From: Amoebophrya sp. A120
Taxonomy: Eukaryota > Protista > Dinoflagellata
Direction of reading: 5' to 3'
Assembly: GCA_905178155.1 (NCBI GenBank)
Contig: CAJINV010000012.1
Span: 2,519,407-2,583,406 of the forward strand
Length of the DNA: 64,000 bases
In this document: one piece after another, positions 35,130 to 48,719 of the stretch
Layout of the letters: each line of letters begins with the position of its first letter
How positions within the stretch are numbered: the first letter of the stretch is position 1
Made by a program: the position numbers and the translations under genes
Notes under the pieces: model-generated
Databases searched by the model: none
Seen by the model: only the letters and a program-made list of their open reading frames with translations
What the model was told of the DNA's origin: nothing

Positions 35130-37276
35130 AATATTGTGGTTTGCGACAAAAGACTATTGATGAAGAAGTCCTGATGTTTTTGTGAAAAAGTAAAAGTCCA
35201 AAGCTGGCAAAGAGGATAAAGAAGTACTAGAGGCGGAAAGTATAGACGGGTTGGGACTAGTTTTGTTTTGTTCTTTCACTTTTTATGTGGTCGAACAGCC
35301 ATGAAGTTGGAGTAGTTCTAATCGCACAGGAGTTCTTGTTGCATTTTGCGGCATGGTGCTTTGACAGATTGTTACAAGGAGTTATTCAATACGTGATAGA
35401 AAATAGAAGAAGAAGAACGACCTTCTTGATTAAAATAAGTAAGTAGGGGGTACAACTGGTGATATCGATCTTGAGCAGGGACTTGTAACCTGGAGCAGAC
35501 ATTGCAAAACGTATCGGACGATTCTATTTCACATGTGCCATCAGCTTCAGTGGACGATATTACCATATTACCAGACAATGTGCGTAGTAGAACGATGAGA
35601 CGAAGACGAAAATTGAGCTCAAGCTCTGGTCGCACGAAAATGTTGACAAATGACTCTAGTTTTTTTTTGGACGAATGACAACCGACACTGATTGTTGATT
35701 TGAGTTTTACTTACCTTTATTTTTAGACTCTATATCAAAGAGTCATTTTCTCTCGACATTCTAGCAAGTACCGACGTAATCAAGGCTCCTTAAGTAGTCC
35801 TTTTCGTTTGCACGTTAGAACGGACCGAAGAGTGATATCGCACTTTTATTTGCCCAAATTCAAGAAGTCCACAAACACAAGGACAGGCAATAAGGCAAGG
35901 GACTTCTTCTACATCGGCACATGACTTTCTCTGTACCAGCAGGAGGCAGTTGGTGACTGAGATCTGAAAAGTGTGACCGAATGGAAGTAAGGTTTTTTTT
36001 CGTCTTCTTCTAACTATATTTGAGTCTACATCGAGAACACGCAAGAACTTCTCTAGTGCAATACTCTGGGCAAGCTGCTCAAATGAGAAAAGCGGGGCTT
36101 GTTCGGTCGTCGTGCAGATCTACTTCATCAAGCCGCGTGGTATTGAGTTTGAGGCCATCGTCCTTTCTTGTTTTTCGAAGAAGTCGGATAATCTTCTGAA
36201 GGGCAATTCTACTATTTGAGAAAGTAGGTGAGTAAAATCGGAGAAGTCCAGAAAGAACTTCTTTGACTTTCCGCAGAGGAAACCCATCGTTAATTTGAGT
36301 TTGACAGCACGAGAAGTTCAACACTGCTCCAGATGATAATCGTAATCCATCAGACAAAAAGAACATAATCGACAGTCGTATCCACGATGAAAGATTTCTT
36401 TTCTACCTCCAACGCAACAGTAATGGAAATCCCAATCCGGCCGGCGTGCCGAAAAAGCTCGTGGTTAAAAATACAACTCGAGAAAAGTGAGAGATCGGCT
36501 GTAACCTCCTTTGATGGTCTCCGTCGCTATGGAGCGGCTGCGCTTGGAACCTAGCTCTACTGCACATCACGACGAGGTCCAGAGTTGGATGCGCCGGAGC
36601 AAGCTCTTTGATTTCGTCGACGTCCCCTAAAACATCACAATCATCCCCTGGTGCTGGTGTTATCTTCATCTGCGTGATCTCTTTACTCCCCGCATCCGCC
36701 CCGGCCATCTCCAGCACATAAGGAAAAGAGCTCATCATCTTCTTCGCCGAAGTAAAAGAAGAAATAAAGCAGTTTAGATGACTAAAACCAGCAGTAGAAC
36801 GGAGCAAGAGCCGCAGCCAGCTGCAACACAAGACGAGCCGGTCAGTTGAGATGATCCTCACACTGGTCGTGGTAGTAGTTGTCGCACATATTAAACTTTT
36901 CCGTCCTGCTGCGGAGGTTGTTCTTGCTCTTGTTCTTCCACGGTCGCAAACAGACTTGAAGATGTCGTCCAAAAGGGCAACAGCTAGTACCGCTCCGTCT
37001 AGCAGAACCGCCGGCGTCAGGAGGAGAAATTCAAGTCGTCAAAAAGCTGGTACGCGTAAACGATGACTTTCCTGCTCAACCCGAACGTACTCAGGTCAGA
37101 AAAAAAGAGGCTGACACTGTCGCTCCTTCTCGGCGAACCGTCGAGCTAGTTATGCAGACGGGCAAAAGAATCGTACTTCTCTACTAGCAGTAGTACAAAT
37201 TCAAATTCTCGCGTGACAAAGTTCTTCAGAATGTTGACTCGTGCGGCAGATTCAGGTCAAGAAACGTACTTACCTT

Positions 37277-40200
37277 TCAGACTTTCATGATGTCGCATGA
37301 CTGCGATTTGTACAAGCTGCTGTAATCGGACGATACTTGTCTTTTGCACCTGGGATAGTTTTCTCCGGTCAAAAATATTTTTCGCCCGTCGAGCAAGGTG
37401 ACTGGGTCGACTATCACAGGAAGAAGTGTTAACGTTGACGGAATTTGTGATACAGCAATGCATCACTAATTAAACGCGCCAAAATTTGTCATGCATAGCA
37501 GGCATATTGGGCTACATTTGTGATGCATGACTGCAATCTATGAAAACTGTTAACGTTTATTAACAGTTTTTCTTGTGATATCGACGAGAGAAAGCTCGGA
37601 GAGCGACCCGGCATCTTGATGTTGCAGCGCGGTTATGAACTGCAAAAGTATCGTACTCGTATAAATGCATGACAAATTTCCTCAGCATGAGAAAAAAAAG
37701 TTGTAATGCGGATTTAGCTTAAGTTCAAAATTTGTAATGCATGTTTGCAATTACTACGAGTACGATACTTTTGCAATTCATAGCGGTTTCGAAAAAACTC
37801 TGCGGGGCGGTATGACCTCGACAGGTGTTACAAGGAGCTCAAGCGTTACAATATATAACGTCCGGATTTTGTTTTGCACGAGCAGCATCAGAAACCCACA
37901 GATCATGAGGGCTCCGCTCTCTGCAAAAATGCAAAGTCATCTCATGCGGTTTGGAGCTCCGAAACTTGTCATGCGCAATCCTGTGGCAGTAACTAACAGT
38001 GAGCTACGCTAGAACTAGATAATGCACTTTTTGCATCACTACAAATTTTCATTTGTAGTGTGACGCTTGAGAAGATATTGCAACGCCTGTGCAGGTCATA
38101 AACGGCATCTTCCTGCGTTATTTCACCGGCTCGGTCGCACCTCGACCAGGAAAACCCGGAAATGCGGACGGAATCCTTGTCGAAAGCGGCCCGCAGTCGG
38201 AGATACAAGGTTTGCCCCCGCCGTAGTGGGATGGTCAGTCTGCCGCTCCGCGCGCTCAGCTCGATGGTGCCGGAGACGGGACGTGGAGTCTTGGACAGAT
38301 CGAACAAGGTCGAAGGGGTTGCTGTCGTAACATCAAGAGTTGTTTATTCAGAATCCCTCAAATTTCGCTCAAAGGTGATGAAGAATAGCGAGCATTTCTC
38401 TTTGTGATGCAAATGCGGTCAGTGCCTAGCTGTCGCATGCGTTATATCCAACTCGTGACATGAAGCGTTATCAAGTTTTCATCGGGAGTCAGCATCAACA
38501 CATGGCATCCGATGAAACTGAAAGCGACGGAAAAATAAAAATGGCAAAAATAGGAGGTTGTATCTTCTTTATCTCCAATATTCATGAACAAGTACCTTCC
38601 GCCCCATCGGGTGAAACTCCCACGTTCTTCATTTCCACCAGCCCGCCGAGTTTACTGGAGAGTACATGCGCCGGCACGTCGTCCAGCAGCGGGAGCAAGT
38701 CTCCCTTGCCCAAAAACGCCAGCTTCTTTGCAGTTTTCTCGGGGACGAGCAGCAACGCCGCCGCCTTCCAGGCTAGGGCCACAATGTCGGGGAAGTTAAC
38801 GAAGCACGTCTTCCCTTTGAACTCCGGGTAGTGGTCCCCCAGGATTTTCGAAATCGCCTTCACACCCTGGTCCACGGATCTGTCTTTGAAAATAACGGAT
38901 GCATTGCAAAAGTACCGTACTAGTTGTAGTAGAAATCGCATCACAACTTCGGTCAACATGCGTGATAAGCTGGCTAGCGTAGAAGTCACGACCCAGCATA
39001 ATATTTGCCATCAGTTGTACAACGACTAGGAGTACGATGGTACAAAAACTTTTGCACAGGATATAACAGGACAGTCCTTGTAGTCGTGAATTTGAAACAA
39101 CGTTTCCGCCTTGCCCCGCTGGAACGGCAACAGCCGCTTGACCTATGGGAGAGTCAGGATTGAAATCGTGGCCAGAGTTGAAATAGTTTGTCATGCATAT
39201 ATAAAATGCACCCCACAAAGTGCCTGTCTTGCAGAGTAGGCAAGTGAGGCAGAGGCATAGAATCGAGGCAAGCAAGCCTGTTGAGGTATAGAAACTGAGC
39301 TGCTCCCTAAGTTGCACGACAGCAGGCGTCTTCTTTACCCAAGCAGCATGATATATAAACTGGATTTCGGCTCTACCCAAATTTGTCATGCGCCACTTAG
39401 AAACTGGGTTACAAGTTTCATCCATTTTATGCATTACAAGTTATTTCAACTTTGTCGATTTCAATCCTGACGCATCCATATGATCGCTCGCTCCATTATG
39501 GCCACCCGGTACTTAACAAACAGGTCGGTGTTTCCGAACACTTTCTGCAAATCCATGTTTCCGAAGTGTGAGCTCAAAATCGGCCGCGGCTTCGCCTCGT
39601 CGTGCCGCATTATAGAGGACAAAAACAAAAAATGTGTTTTTTTCACCGCACGCAACTTGCGTGCTTTTTGTTTTCCTTCATAACGTCGCATTTATTCATC
39701 GCGAGCGTTCTTGGCCCCTAGCCAGCTCGATGCATTTTGATTTTTATTTTTCCTTTTGTGGTGCGCCGTCGTGTGCGGTGAAAATGAATTTGTGTTCTTG
39801 CGTACGAATACTGGCTCCACCAGTCGTGCCAGCGGGAGCAGCGGCACTTTCGCCTCCCACGGTGCTCGCCCCGGTGATGTCAAATCCATAGAAAATATCG
39901 TGGTTTAGAAACTATGCATTGCAAATAAACTAGTATCGTGCTCATGCTAAAACTAATATACAGTCCTGCATTGCATTTGCAAATCTCTATCTTATTTTTG
40001 AGGTAAATCCGCAGATTAAACAAATTTCATTTTTCAGGAGCATGCGGAGGAAATCGAAGAAAATTTACTAGAACTAGTAAGTACGATTTTTCTTTTGCAA
40101 TGCATAGAAACTGTTCCGGGAGATGCGCTTCCGCTAGACCGTCCACATCGTTTTCCACACGCCACTGCATCGTGTCCTTGAATCGCTGAAAGGATTTCTC

Positions 40201-40779
40201 CACCTGAAACTCCTCTGCCCGCAGGAACTTCAGGAAAATGATGTCACGGGAATCGGACTTTTCGCTCAAATCGCATTGTTATATGGAACATTCTAAAGAA
40301 CTCGGCATGTGGTCCTTCACTGAGTCTGCTGTGCTTGCGCAACACAAAGCGGCGAATACTAAATTAAAATTTCGTCCAGCTTGCGACTTTCTTCATGATG
40401 AGTACGATGGATTTGCAGCCTGTTGCAGCGAACCGAAATAGGAAATCGGAGCAAAACGCATCATGCTTGGCTTGTTTGCAAATGGCCGAATAGATGAAGT
40501 ACGTAACGAATGATTGCAGGAGAGGCTGTCAATTACAACCTTTTCCTTTTTCAGCCAGACCCAGCAGATTCCATACAGGTTTGGTTTGCGGTGGATATGC
40601 CACAGAATCGGCTTATTATTTGCTCCTCTTTCGCCACTCTTCGTCTTCTCCGAAGAGCCGTGTCCCCCGCAGCAAGAAGACAGCAACGTCCTGTCCGTCA
40701 AGACAAGCTCCTCAAATGCGGTTAGTGCCGCATTTTGCTCGGGCGACAGGTCGCCGAGAAAACCCGAAGACGAGGACAT
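37277..40779 (-). CDS. Sec14/CRAL-TRIO lipid-binding protein (patellin-like, possible GOLD-like C-terminus), 9 introner-type introns
   Basis: GFLGDLSPEQ..L..F, LWQCDL..SRDIIFLKFLRAEEF, MQWRVENDVD, DHYPEFKGKTCFVNFP, LGGL. A possible 1-nt frameshift near 38305; 3' end uncertain. Confidence 0.8.
37412..37580. mobile_element. Introner, family J
   Basis: Direct repeat TCGAC. Confidence 0.88.
37634..37782. mobile_element. Introner, family B
   Basis: Direct repeat GCGGT. Confidence 0.9.
37811..38100. mobile_element. Introner, family L
   Basis: TATGACCT...AGGTCATA; flanks GGCGG/AACGG. Confidence 0.85.
38331..38586. other. Putative decayed introner-type intron
   Basis: CAT...ATG ends, residual TGTGATGC motif, interrupts the CRAL-TRIO gene; boundaries uncertain. 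Confidence 0.45.
38898..39063. mobile_element. Introner, B-like
   Basis: Flanks TAACG/TAACA; left end GAT. Confidence 0.8.
39144..39480. mobile_element. Introner, family C
   Basis: Flanks TGACC/TGATC. Confidence 0.88.
39611..39804. mobile_element. Introner, family M (TIR core TTTTCACCGCAC)
   Basis: Flanks CGCAT/CGAAT; frame restored (SIRHDE). Confidence 0.7.
39913..40106. mobile_element. Introner, B-like, diverged
   Basis: TATGCATTGCAAA TIR, direct repeat GAAAC. Confidence 0.82.
40282..40597. other. Decayed introner-type intron
   Basis: TAT...ATA ends, flanks TGTTA/TGCCA; removal plus 5 nt gives ILW-QCDL in frame. Confidence 0.7.
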
Positions 40780-42779
40780 ATTTTTGATGGGGATCAGGCG
40801 TTTTAAAACTGCGTGATAGATTTTTTTTGGTGATAAAAAGAACCGGCTTAATAATAGAAGTTCGCAGAGATTTATTTTTACAACCGTAGCACAACCGATG
40901 AGCACCGTCCTTGCATAGACCACAGACAGCTCTGAGTTTACAACTATTATCACAGATTTATTTCCCCTCAACGGAGCGAGGCCGAGGCGCGGGTGGCAGC
41001 TCCGAGAGCCGCAAGAAAAATTATGTGGGAACTGACACCTGTACCTGAAAAGAAGTCGTCACCAGGAAGGGAGTTGGTTTTGCGCAGACACCGTTTCGAG
41101 AGTCAAATAAAGACAAAGTGAAAGTTTAGTTAGATCATCATGTAATTCTTCAATTTTTTTGGTGCCATGAACTCCATTTTTCAACAACATAATTGTTCTC
41201 GGCACAAGGCCATTGCAATTTGTCATCGTCCCGGTTGTAGGCCACTGTGACGAATGAACAACGTCCTCTCTACATTGTGGACACGACGTAGCACCAGCCA
41301 CAAACACACGACAACAGTTTCGCCGGCACTTTCTCCAACACACCCGCAGCAGCGAATGTTCGACGATTTTTCTATTTTCATCCAATCTTCGACCCCCCTC
41401 TGTGAGGAAAATCGTTGTAGGTGTACAGAGTAATTTTTGTAGTTGCAGGTTCGTTATTTTGCCTTATTTTTCTTATCAATTTTGTTCCGCGCTTTTCGTT
41501 TTGACTATTACATCGATACAGTTGCAGAGGCAGCTCTTCCGCTGCAATTATAATTTTGCTATTCGCTGCTGTAAAGTCAAACAAACATATTTTCTTTGTT
41601 CTATCTCGAAGATAGATGATCTTGGCGGTCTTTTATTTTGTACAAGTGCTAGCTTCATCGTTCGCTAAGTTTATTGTTATTTTCTGCCGTCGATTTTTCT
41701 TTCTTTCTTCGAATTAATTTTTCTGCTATTCATATTTTGATTTTCTAGTCTGTCTTGCTACAACTCGAGAAAGCGAATCTCTCGTGGTCAGCACCTGCGT
41801 TCTATCATCGTTGGTCCTACAACTTCTGGAGGTTGTAACAAGTACTAGCTGCAAAGATATCTCTTTCTTCTACTTCTTCTTTAACGAGTTGCGTGAAGAG
41901 GTAGGCAAGGCTGTGCCTTCTATCTATCGATTGCTTGTTGAAGTGTTCAAGTACCTCACGCGTGCAACCACTGCTAGAAGTTTGTTGCGTAGTTTGCTTT
42001 AATATTGAAGCTGGCGACACGTCATGAAGCAGATGAAAGCTTCATCGCTTAACTTGCGAAAAGTGGAAAATGAAGATCAAAACTTAATTTTTGTTTTCTT
42101 AGGAGCCGCGTTTTAGTTGTGAGAGAGTGAGAGTGTTATACAACGATACTAGCTCTCGTCGCGTATTGGTTTTTAGTTTTGTCAAAGTGGAGCTCCTACT
42201 ATACAGCGTGTTCAAGTTCAACCTTTTGATGTAGGTGTAGCTAGTAGTAGAAATATACTTAATTAATTTTTTTTCTATCGGGGTACTTAATCATACACAC
42301 GTTGCTGTTGTATTTAGCAGAGTCAGTTACGTTTTTTCAGTTCTTGAGTGAAGGGGCGGAATGCGAATTAATTTCTATTCATATTGAGTGATTTTTACGG
42401 CGGTGCTTCCTCGGTATTTTACTTACAAAATCAAAATGGAGCTCTGTCTCGACGACGTCGTGGCTTGTTGATACACAATGATAATTGTTAATTTAAAAGT
42501 CGTGCTTAAGTTATTCGTGAAACTGTAATAACGGTCAACAGATTGTGGATCAAAACATGAGAATGACGAGATGTCTTCACACAACGTTCTTAATTTTGTT
42601 TTCAATTTTAGGATTTTGTACGCTTTTTTATCTTCTTGTTCTTTATTTGTGCCAATTAGTTCTTTGCAGACGACAGTGTAAGTAAGTAGCACTATTAAGC
42701 GGTTTTTTGATGTATTCGTCTGTGATCGATGTATTCGTCTGTGATCGTGTTGAGTAATTCGTGTAAACAAGATTTGAAA

Positions 42780-45700
42780 TCAGAATACTAGCGATCCCGC
42801 TCCTTTTGTCGCCTCGTAGTGCAGATCGCCTCCAGTTTCATCCCCGTCCTCGCGGTCATCCCCATCGTTGCCAACGAAAGCCGCAGCGAAAAGCGGCTCG
42901 TTTCCAGTTATCTTCGTTGCGCCCATGCTGGCTAGTGTTCTTTCCGCCGGTCGTGTTGATTTTCCGTCCGCATCGAGGACGGAGCGCTTCGTAGTAGTTC
43001 CTGTGTGGCCAGCGTGCTGGTGTTTCAGTTTCTCCTCGTCTTCTTCTTGTTCTTGCCGGTAGAAGTTTATCTTCCGTGCATTGTTTCTCCACGAGATGAA
43101 GTTGCGGATTGCCACACCGCCCAGCAGGAGCAGAAAGAGGATGAGGAGCAAGATCATGGCCACGACCACGAAGTAGAGAAGATGTTGAGCACCCCCGGTT
43201 CGAGAAGATGCAAGTACCGTGCGGAAGTAGTCGAGAAGCGTGGCCGTTTTATTTCCCGCAATTGAAATGAGCGGCTCCACCTCTTCTTGCGGATGGTTTA
43301 GGTTTTTGAAGAAACTTGCGCTGCTGGTCCTCTCCACCTCCCCACCTTGTGCTTTTGTAGTTGTCGGGGGTTGCTCTTGCTCTCCACCATGATTTCCCCC
43401 CACGCGGGGGCCACCTTCTTGCCTGCTTCGCTGCTGTATCAAATGCAAATATGTCTGGATCTGGAAGGTTGGAACTTGTAATGCTAGCTTTCACCAACAA
43501 GAGTCCCAGCCTCTTTTGTACATGCAAGCACGCAGTTTCTCATGCGGATTACCTATGAGAAAGTGTTCTGGAAAGTTGTCATGCTAGGTGGCATTCGAAA
43601 CTGTTTCCATCATCCACATTTTAGCATCACAAGTCCCCAGACCCAGACATTTTTGCAATCCATATGCTGCCTCGCTGCCCAGGTGCCCCGGAAGGACGCG
43701 GTGAACGGTTTTTGTTGTTCTGCTGATGTGGTTATGCATTGCGAAAGTGTCTGGGTCTGGAAACTTGTGATGCTGCGTGGCGTATCATGGGGAGGCCACC
43801 AGTGCTGGCGCAGCATGACAAGTTTCTGAGCTTCATCTAGGTGTTGCCTACTCTGCATGACAGACTGCGTTTCTGCATGACAGAAAAGTGGGGCTCTTGG
43901 GTAACGTGCATGACAGATTTAAGAGTCATGCCAGAAAAGCATGACAAACATGCATTCTTCAAGACCCAGAAATTTTTGCATTTGATAGTGGTTCCACGAG
44001 GACCCATCTGGACACCTTCGCCGGCGGCCGACAAGACATCTCTACTTGTGCTCCTCGTCGATGATCCAGCCCCAGTTGATGTCCTTGCCTCGTCGATGTT
44101 GCCCGCAGGCGTGCTGTATGAATTGCAAAAGTATCGCACTCGTATAAAAATAGATGCATTTACAAATTTCCTCAGCATAAAATAATGCTGATGTACCTGA
44201 AGAACAAGATTAAAAGATTTGCATGACTGCAATTCCTACGAGCGCGATACTTTTGCACAGGATAATATGCTGCTTGTCGTACTTGTACCAGAGCTCCCGG
44301 GGGCAGTCCCCGGGAGTTCGTCGCCTCTGTGTTCGTCGGATGCAATACAAATAATTTCCCGTACATGTACACATCGCATCAGAAATTTCCCCAACCTAGA
44401 AGAAGCAACTTGTCATGCTGAAGACGTTTCAAGGAAAGGTTTGTGAACATGGAAGATCACGTTCACGCGTTACGTTTGTACAACATCGAGGGAAAGTTAC
44501 AACTTTGGATACGTCCTCGAGCTCCAGAAAAGAGTGCTTGTGCCGGCGGTGGTATGGAACTGTCAGGATTGAAATCGTCAAAGTTGAAATAGTTTGTGAT
44601 GCATAAAATGGATGCCAGTTGGAACCCAGTTTTCAACCGGCGCATGACAAATTTTGGTGATGCCTAAATCCAGGAGTTAGTCATGCTGTTTAGGCAAAGA
44701 TGACTGATTTTCTCATGCTACTTTAGCAGCTCGAGCTCTAACCCCAAACAGGCTTACAATCGGCCTCCCTTGCCTGCTCTGCAACACACGTATTTCGCGC
44801 TATGCATTTTATGCATCACAGATTATTTCAACTTTGGCGATTTCAAACATGACGCTTCCATAGCTGGTGCTCCCAGTCCCACTCGCCGTCGTTGTTATCG
44901 TGAGAAAAAAGTGTTACAGTTACACATTTGTTGGAGTTTCTGCATCACAAATTTTCTCTGTGTCGTGACAGAGAAAACTTGTAATGCGAAGATCATAAGG
45001 GAAAACAGGAAGGAAACGCGGCTCCTAAGCATTTCCTGCATGAGAAAGGTTGTCTGTGTTGCCGGTCTTGCAACACAATGTGTAACTGTAACACTTTTTT
45101 CTTGCGATAGTTGTCATAATCATGATACTGGTACACGTGGTACTCCCCGTCCACGTCGTCGTCGTCCTCGTCGTCAGCTCTCGCTCTGCTTTTTTTATCA
45201 GATGTAAAAATGTCTGGGTCTGGAAGAGTCCGAACTTGTGATGCTGCATTTGGATTCCAAAAAAATCTGCATAAGCAGCAAAGGGAATGCAAAAATTTTA
45301 GCTACGCGGTGAGGGCATTTGCCATGCGGAATACTTAGCCATCGCAGAGCCCTGAAAATGTCTGTGATGCTAGGGCATGCATCACAGACATCATGGCCCA
45401 TGCAAAACGTGCATGACAAGTCTCAGAATCTTCCAGACCCAGACATTTTTGCATTTTATATTTTTTCCCGCGCTTCGATTTCTTGCTCCTCGCGTTACCG
45501 CTACCACGTAAGGACTTCTTCTTTTCTATGACCATGAAAAATGCCCCCTCCCCAAAATATCAAAGCGGAAATCTGTGATGCAGATTTGTGGCCACAAATC
45601 AGCTTTGCGATGCTAGAAGGCAAAAGATGCGGACTGTAGGGCTGCCTAGCTGGGAAGAGCCTTGCAGCTCCAGGATGACAGGAGGCAACTGGAAGTGGGA

Positions 45701-47729
45701 AACAGCATGACAGATTACCTGCAATATAGGCCGCGGCGTCGTCTCTTGGACTTCTAGCAATACAAGTCGACTTGTGTACTCAAATACAGCATCACACATT
45801 CGCGCATGTTCCGTTTCCGATAAGGGGTGGGGGCTTTTTTCACTTTGATATTCTCCTTCTTGGTACTTTGCACCTGAGTGTCCACGTTTACCTCTTTTTT
45901 CAACGAAATTCAAGAATTCACTTTTGCGGCGGCGCGAGGCCGCCTTTATTCCTGCTACTGGGAACAAGACTGCTGCCCGAAACGTGGCGGAGTTCTTGCG
46001 ACTTCGCCCGTTAAATCAGGACACTTCATGCGCGACATGGCTTACACGGGGGAGTGCGTCATTGCGGGGATGGCTGCTCAAGAGTATTGAAGGCCTAACT
46101 CTCTTGCGTTTCTCATTCTTCACCACCTTTCTCTGGGCCTCTGAAGGAGATCAAAAAGGGCAACCCCGGAGTCCGGGCCGGACCTTCCTGTCCGGGGCTA
46201 GGGGGGGTCGCAAGCGCAACCAATGTTGGGCAAATGGTGGGGGTGCAGACAAATTTCTGGAGAAGCCAGAACCGCATTGGCATCTTCACCGTGTTTTTCA
46301 CGGTTTTTTCAATTTTCTCCTTGTAAAAGTTGATGTTTTTCATCATCACCGTCAAGCCGCTGCAGGAGCTCCTCTTCACGCGAAGATGCGCGCAAGTTTT
46401 ATTATTTCCTGTAGTTGTTTTACCATTCGTCCCGGCTTTTTTGTTCTTCCGTCTTCTGTTACTCTTACTTGTACAAAAACTTTGGCTGTGGATTGAGCAG
46501 CTGTCGCCAACATCAAGAAGTGGTGATGCCACGACCTGCAGTGCCGCCGGCGTTGTTGTTCTGGAGGATGGGGTAGTAGTTGTTTCAGCAGATGAAAAAT
46601 ATGTACTAGATCCAGAACAAGCAGTTGTTCCGGGTTCGTCTTGTGAGGACGGCGAAGCTGCTGGTGCTGTGTGGTCAGACACATCAACCGCGAGCCGATC
46701 CATGAGCATGACCTCCTGGGTTGATTTTATTCCCTCGTCGCCCAAAATAAGATCTGCAGTTGTGTTCTTCTTACCCGTTCCGGTTCCAGCAGGGAGCTTC
46801 TTTTGTTCTTCCTTGAGGTCGTTCACCTCCACCACGTAGTTCTCCTTTTGGTCCTGAACAGCAGACGAGGACACTGGCTCCACCTCCGGAAGCTGCGATG
46901 GTGATGCAGCGCGATCTAGATCTTTCATCTCTATGCCCCGCTTCTTTCCGTTCTTCTTCTTCTTCTTGCGCCAAAAGGTTTTGGTTTTCTTCGTCGTGGC
47001 CCCCGTCAGTCCAGTTGTCATCATCTCGGCTCTTGTTGGGAGATCATGATTATTATGGTCGTGTCCACTATGACCCTGCGAGTCGTGCTCATGGCCATCT
47101 TCGCTTGCGCTTGCTCCGCACATCAACACCCTCGGCGACCCTGCAACTTCCTGGGTTCGGGCGTCGTCCTCGGAGCGGGTGCGGGCATGTATTCTTTGCG
47201 GCTCTACTTGGGGGTTATTTCCCGCTTGTCGCTCCTGGTTGTCCTTGCCGCTGACAAACTTCTTCGTTAGGAGAACAAGTTCTGGCTTGTTTCCTCCAGC
47301 CTTTCCTTTCGACCACCACCACCAGCGGCTAGAAAGAGTGAACAACGGCCGCGCAAGAAGACCACGCACGCAGAGGGATGAACAAGAACTGGATACCACG
47401 ATCATGTCGGAGCATTTTTCGTAGCTTCGCTTGAAAATTGATCTTGTTCCGCCGTTGCAAGGACCACATCGCCGTTGGTGGATGTTGCAGCACCAGGCAG
47501 AAGTCTTCGTCGCTTTCTCCTTCTGCTTGGAGAGAAGGACTAAAGGGAGAGCGACAGGAAGACGCGAGATTTTCTCGGAAGACGCCCGGGGCGCAATAGC
47601 AGCAGTGAGATCTTCTCGCTGCTCCTCTTCGTCTTCACTTCGCTCAGATTCCCCTTGTTGCGCCCTCGGCCGCGCATTCATCCTGGTGTCAAAGATGCGC
47701 GGCATGCACATCATCTTCCTGCTGCGCAA
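42780..47729 (-). CDS. Hypothetical protein(s) with a predicted C-terminal transmembrane helix; 8 introners; exon structure only partly resolved
   Basis: ORFs 46113-47729 and 42780-43448 (LLYFVVVAMILLLILFLLLLGGVAI). Middle exons join in frame across several elements, but continuity at 45.9-46.1 kb and near 44.1 kb is unclear. Confidence 0.45.
43437..43664. mobile_element. Introner, family A
   Basis: Direct repeat TGCTG; similar to 5051-5300. Confidence 0.9.
43733..43987. mobile_element. Introner, subfamily A1 (reverse orientation)
   Basis: Direct repeat GTGGT. Confidence 0.9.
44117..44267. mobile_element. Introner, family B
   Basis: Direct repeat TGCTG; right end has a duplicated ATA. Confidence 0.85.
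44339..44511. mobile_element. Introner, family E (reverse orientation, diverged)
   Basis: Flanks CGTCG/CGTCC; left end GAT. Confidence 0.8.
44553..44862. mobile_element. Introner, family C
   Basis: Flanks GGTGG/GCTGG. Confidence 0.9.
44896..45109. mobile_element. Introner, family F (TIR core AAAAAAGTGTTACAGTTACACA)
   Basis: Direct repeat GTTGT. Confidence 0.9.
45196..45460. mobile_element. Introner, family A
   Basis: Direct repeat TTTTT. Confidence 0.88.
45527..45850. mobile_element. Introner, family H
   Basis: Flanks TTTTC/TTCTC. Confidence 0.85.
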
Positions 47730-48719
47730 CTCATTTTATTCATTTGCACTTGAGCTGGTTGAAGTTGAACGTGAACTCCAGCCGCTGCTGCATTAATCAG
47801 CATCGGAGGAGATGATGCTAGCATTGTAACTGTACCTACTGAAAAATCATACAAGATGTAGATAGGGCTAATTAGATTACCACCTCGTCTTCTGGTCGCA
47901 ACCAGAAACATCACGCTTCAATTATCAGGTTCTTTCTAATGGCACTCGCACCACGACGCTGCCGGTATGCGAACTATTTGCTTTCGAAACGACGAGACGA
48001 TATTACGAAACGGCTTCGACGATATAACTCTGGTCCGACCGAGGACGAAGTAAAAATGGCACCTCACTGTTGCTGGTGCTAGCTGCTTAATGCAAGATGA
48101 AACACGATTTTCCAATAGCATCGCTCAGCATGTTGTAGTACTACCCACATATTAGCGGTCGCTCCACTCTCCACGATTTCGAAGACTCTCACGATTACGA
48201 ACCGGGAAAAGATGATCATGATTTTCTTAATAAGCAAGTCCAAGATTCGAACTGCCACGACGATATTGAAGGGACATTATACTTTTCGATAATTTCGAGA
48301 ATGCTCCTACGTCGCGGATCCCAAAAACATAAAATCAATTATTGAAAATGACGCGAAATCGGAACAAAAGAAAGCACATCGAAGGCACCCATATTAGAGC
48401 AGCAGCAGAACGCGAGCGCTCCTACTTTCCTGCACTAGTAAACGAGTGCATCACCACATTTTATCTTTTTTCGCTTGAAGTCGTGTACAGGTAGAGAATT
48501 TTCGAGCGGTTTGAGAAAGAAGTTCTAACCTTCCCGCGAATCAACAGCAAAATAAAGATCGGGTCTTCGTAGTTCTCTACTGAGGCACCAAATGCAAATC
48601 GAGTCAAACTTTATTATCTTTTAGGTGCGGACTGGGGAGCATGTAGAGGTCGTCCGGCAGTTAATATTTTTGGCTCAAAAGCCGGGGCGCTCGATCTGCT
48701 TTGGTTGTAGCCGCGACCT

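Noticed and set aside
36403-36972. 189-aa minus-strand ORF
   Set aside because: No recognisable motif, and I could not link it to a gene model; left unannotated.
48668-48678. TTTTGGCTCAA resembling the 3' end of the dinoflagellate spliced leader
   Set aside because: Only about 11 nt match, on the strand opposite to all genes; compatible with chance.
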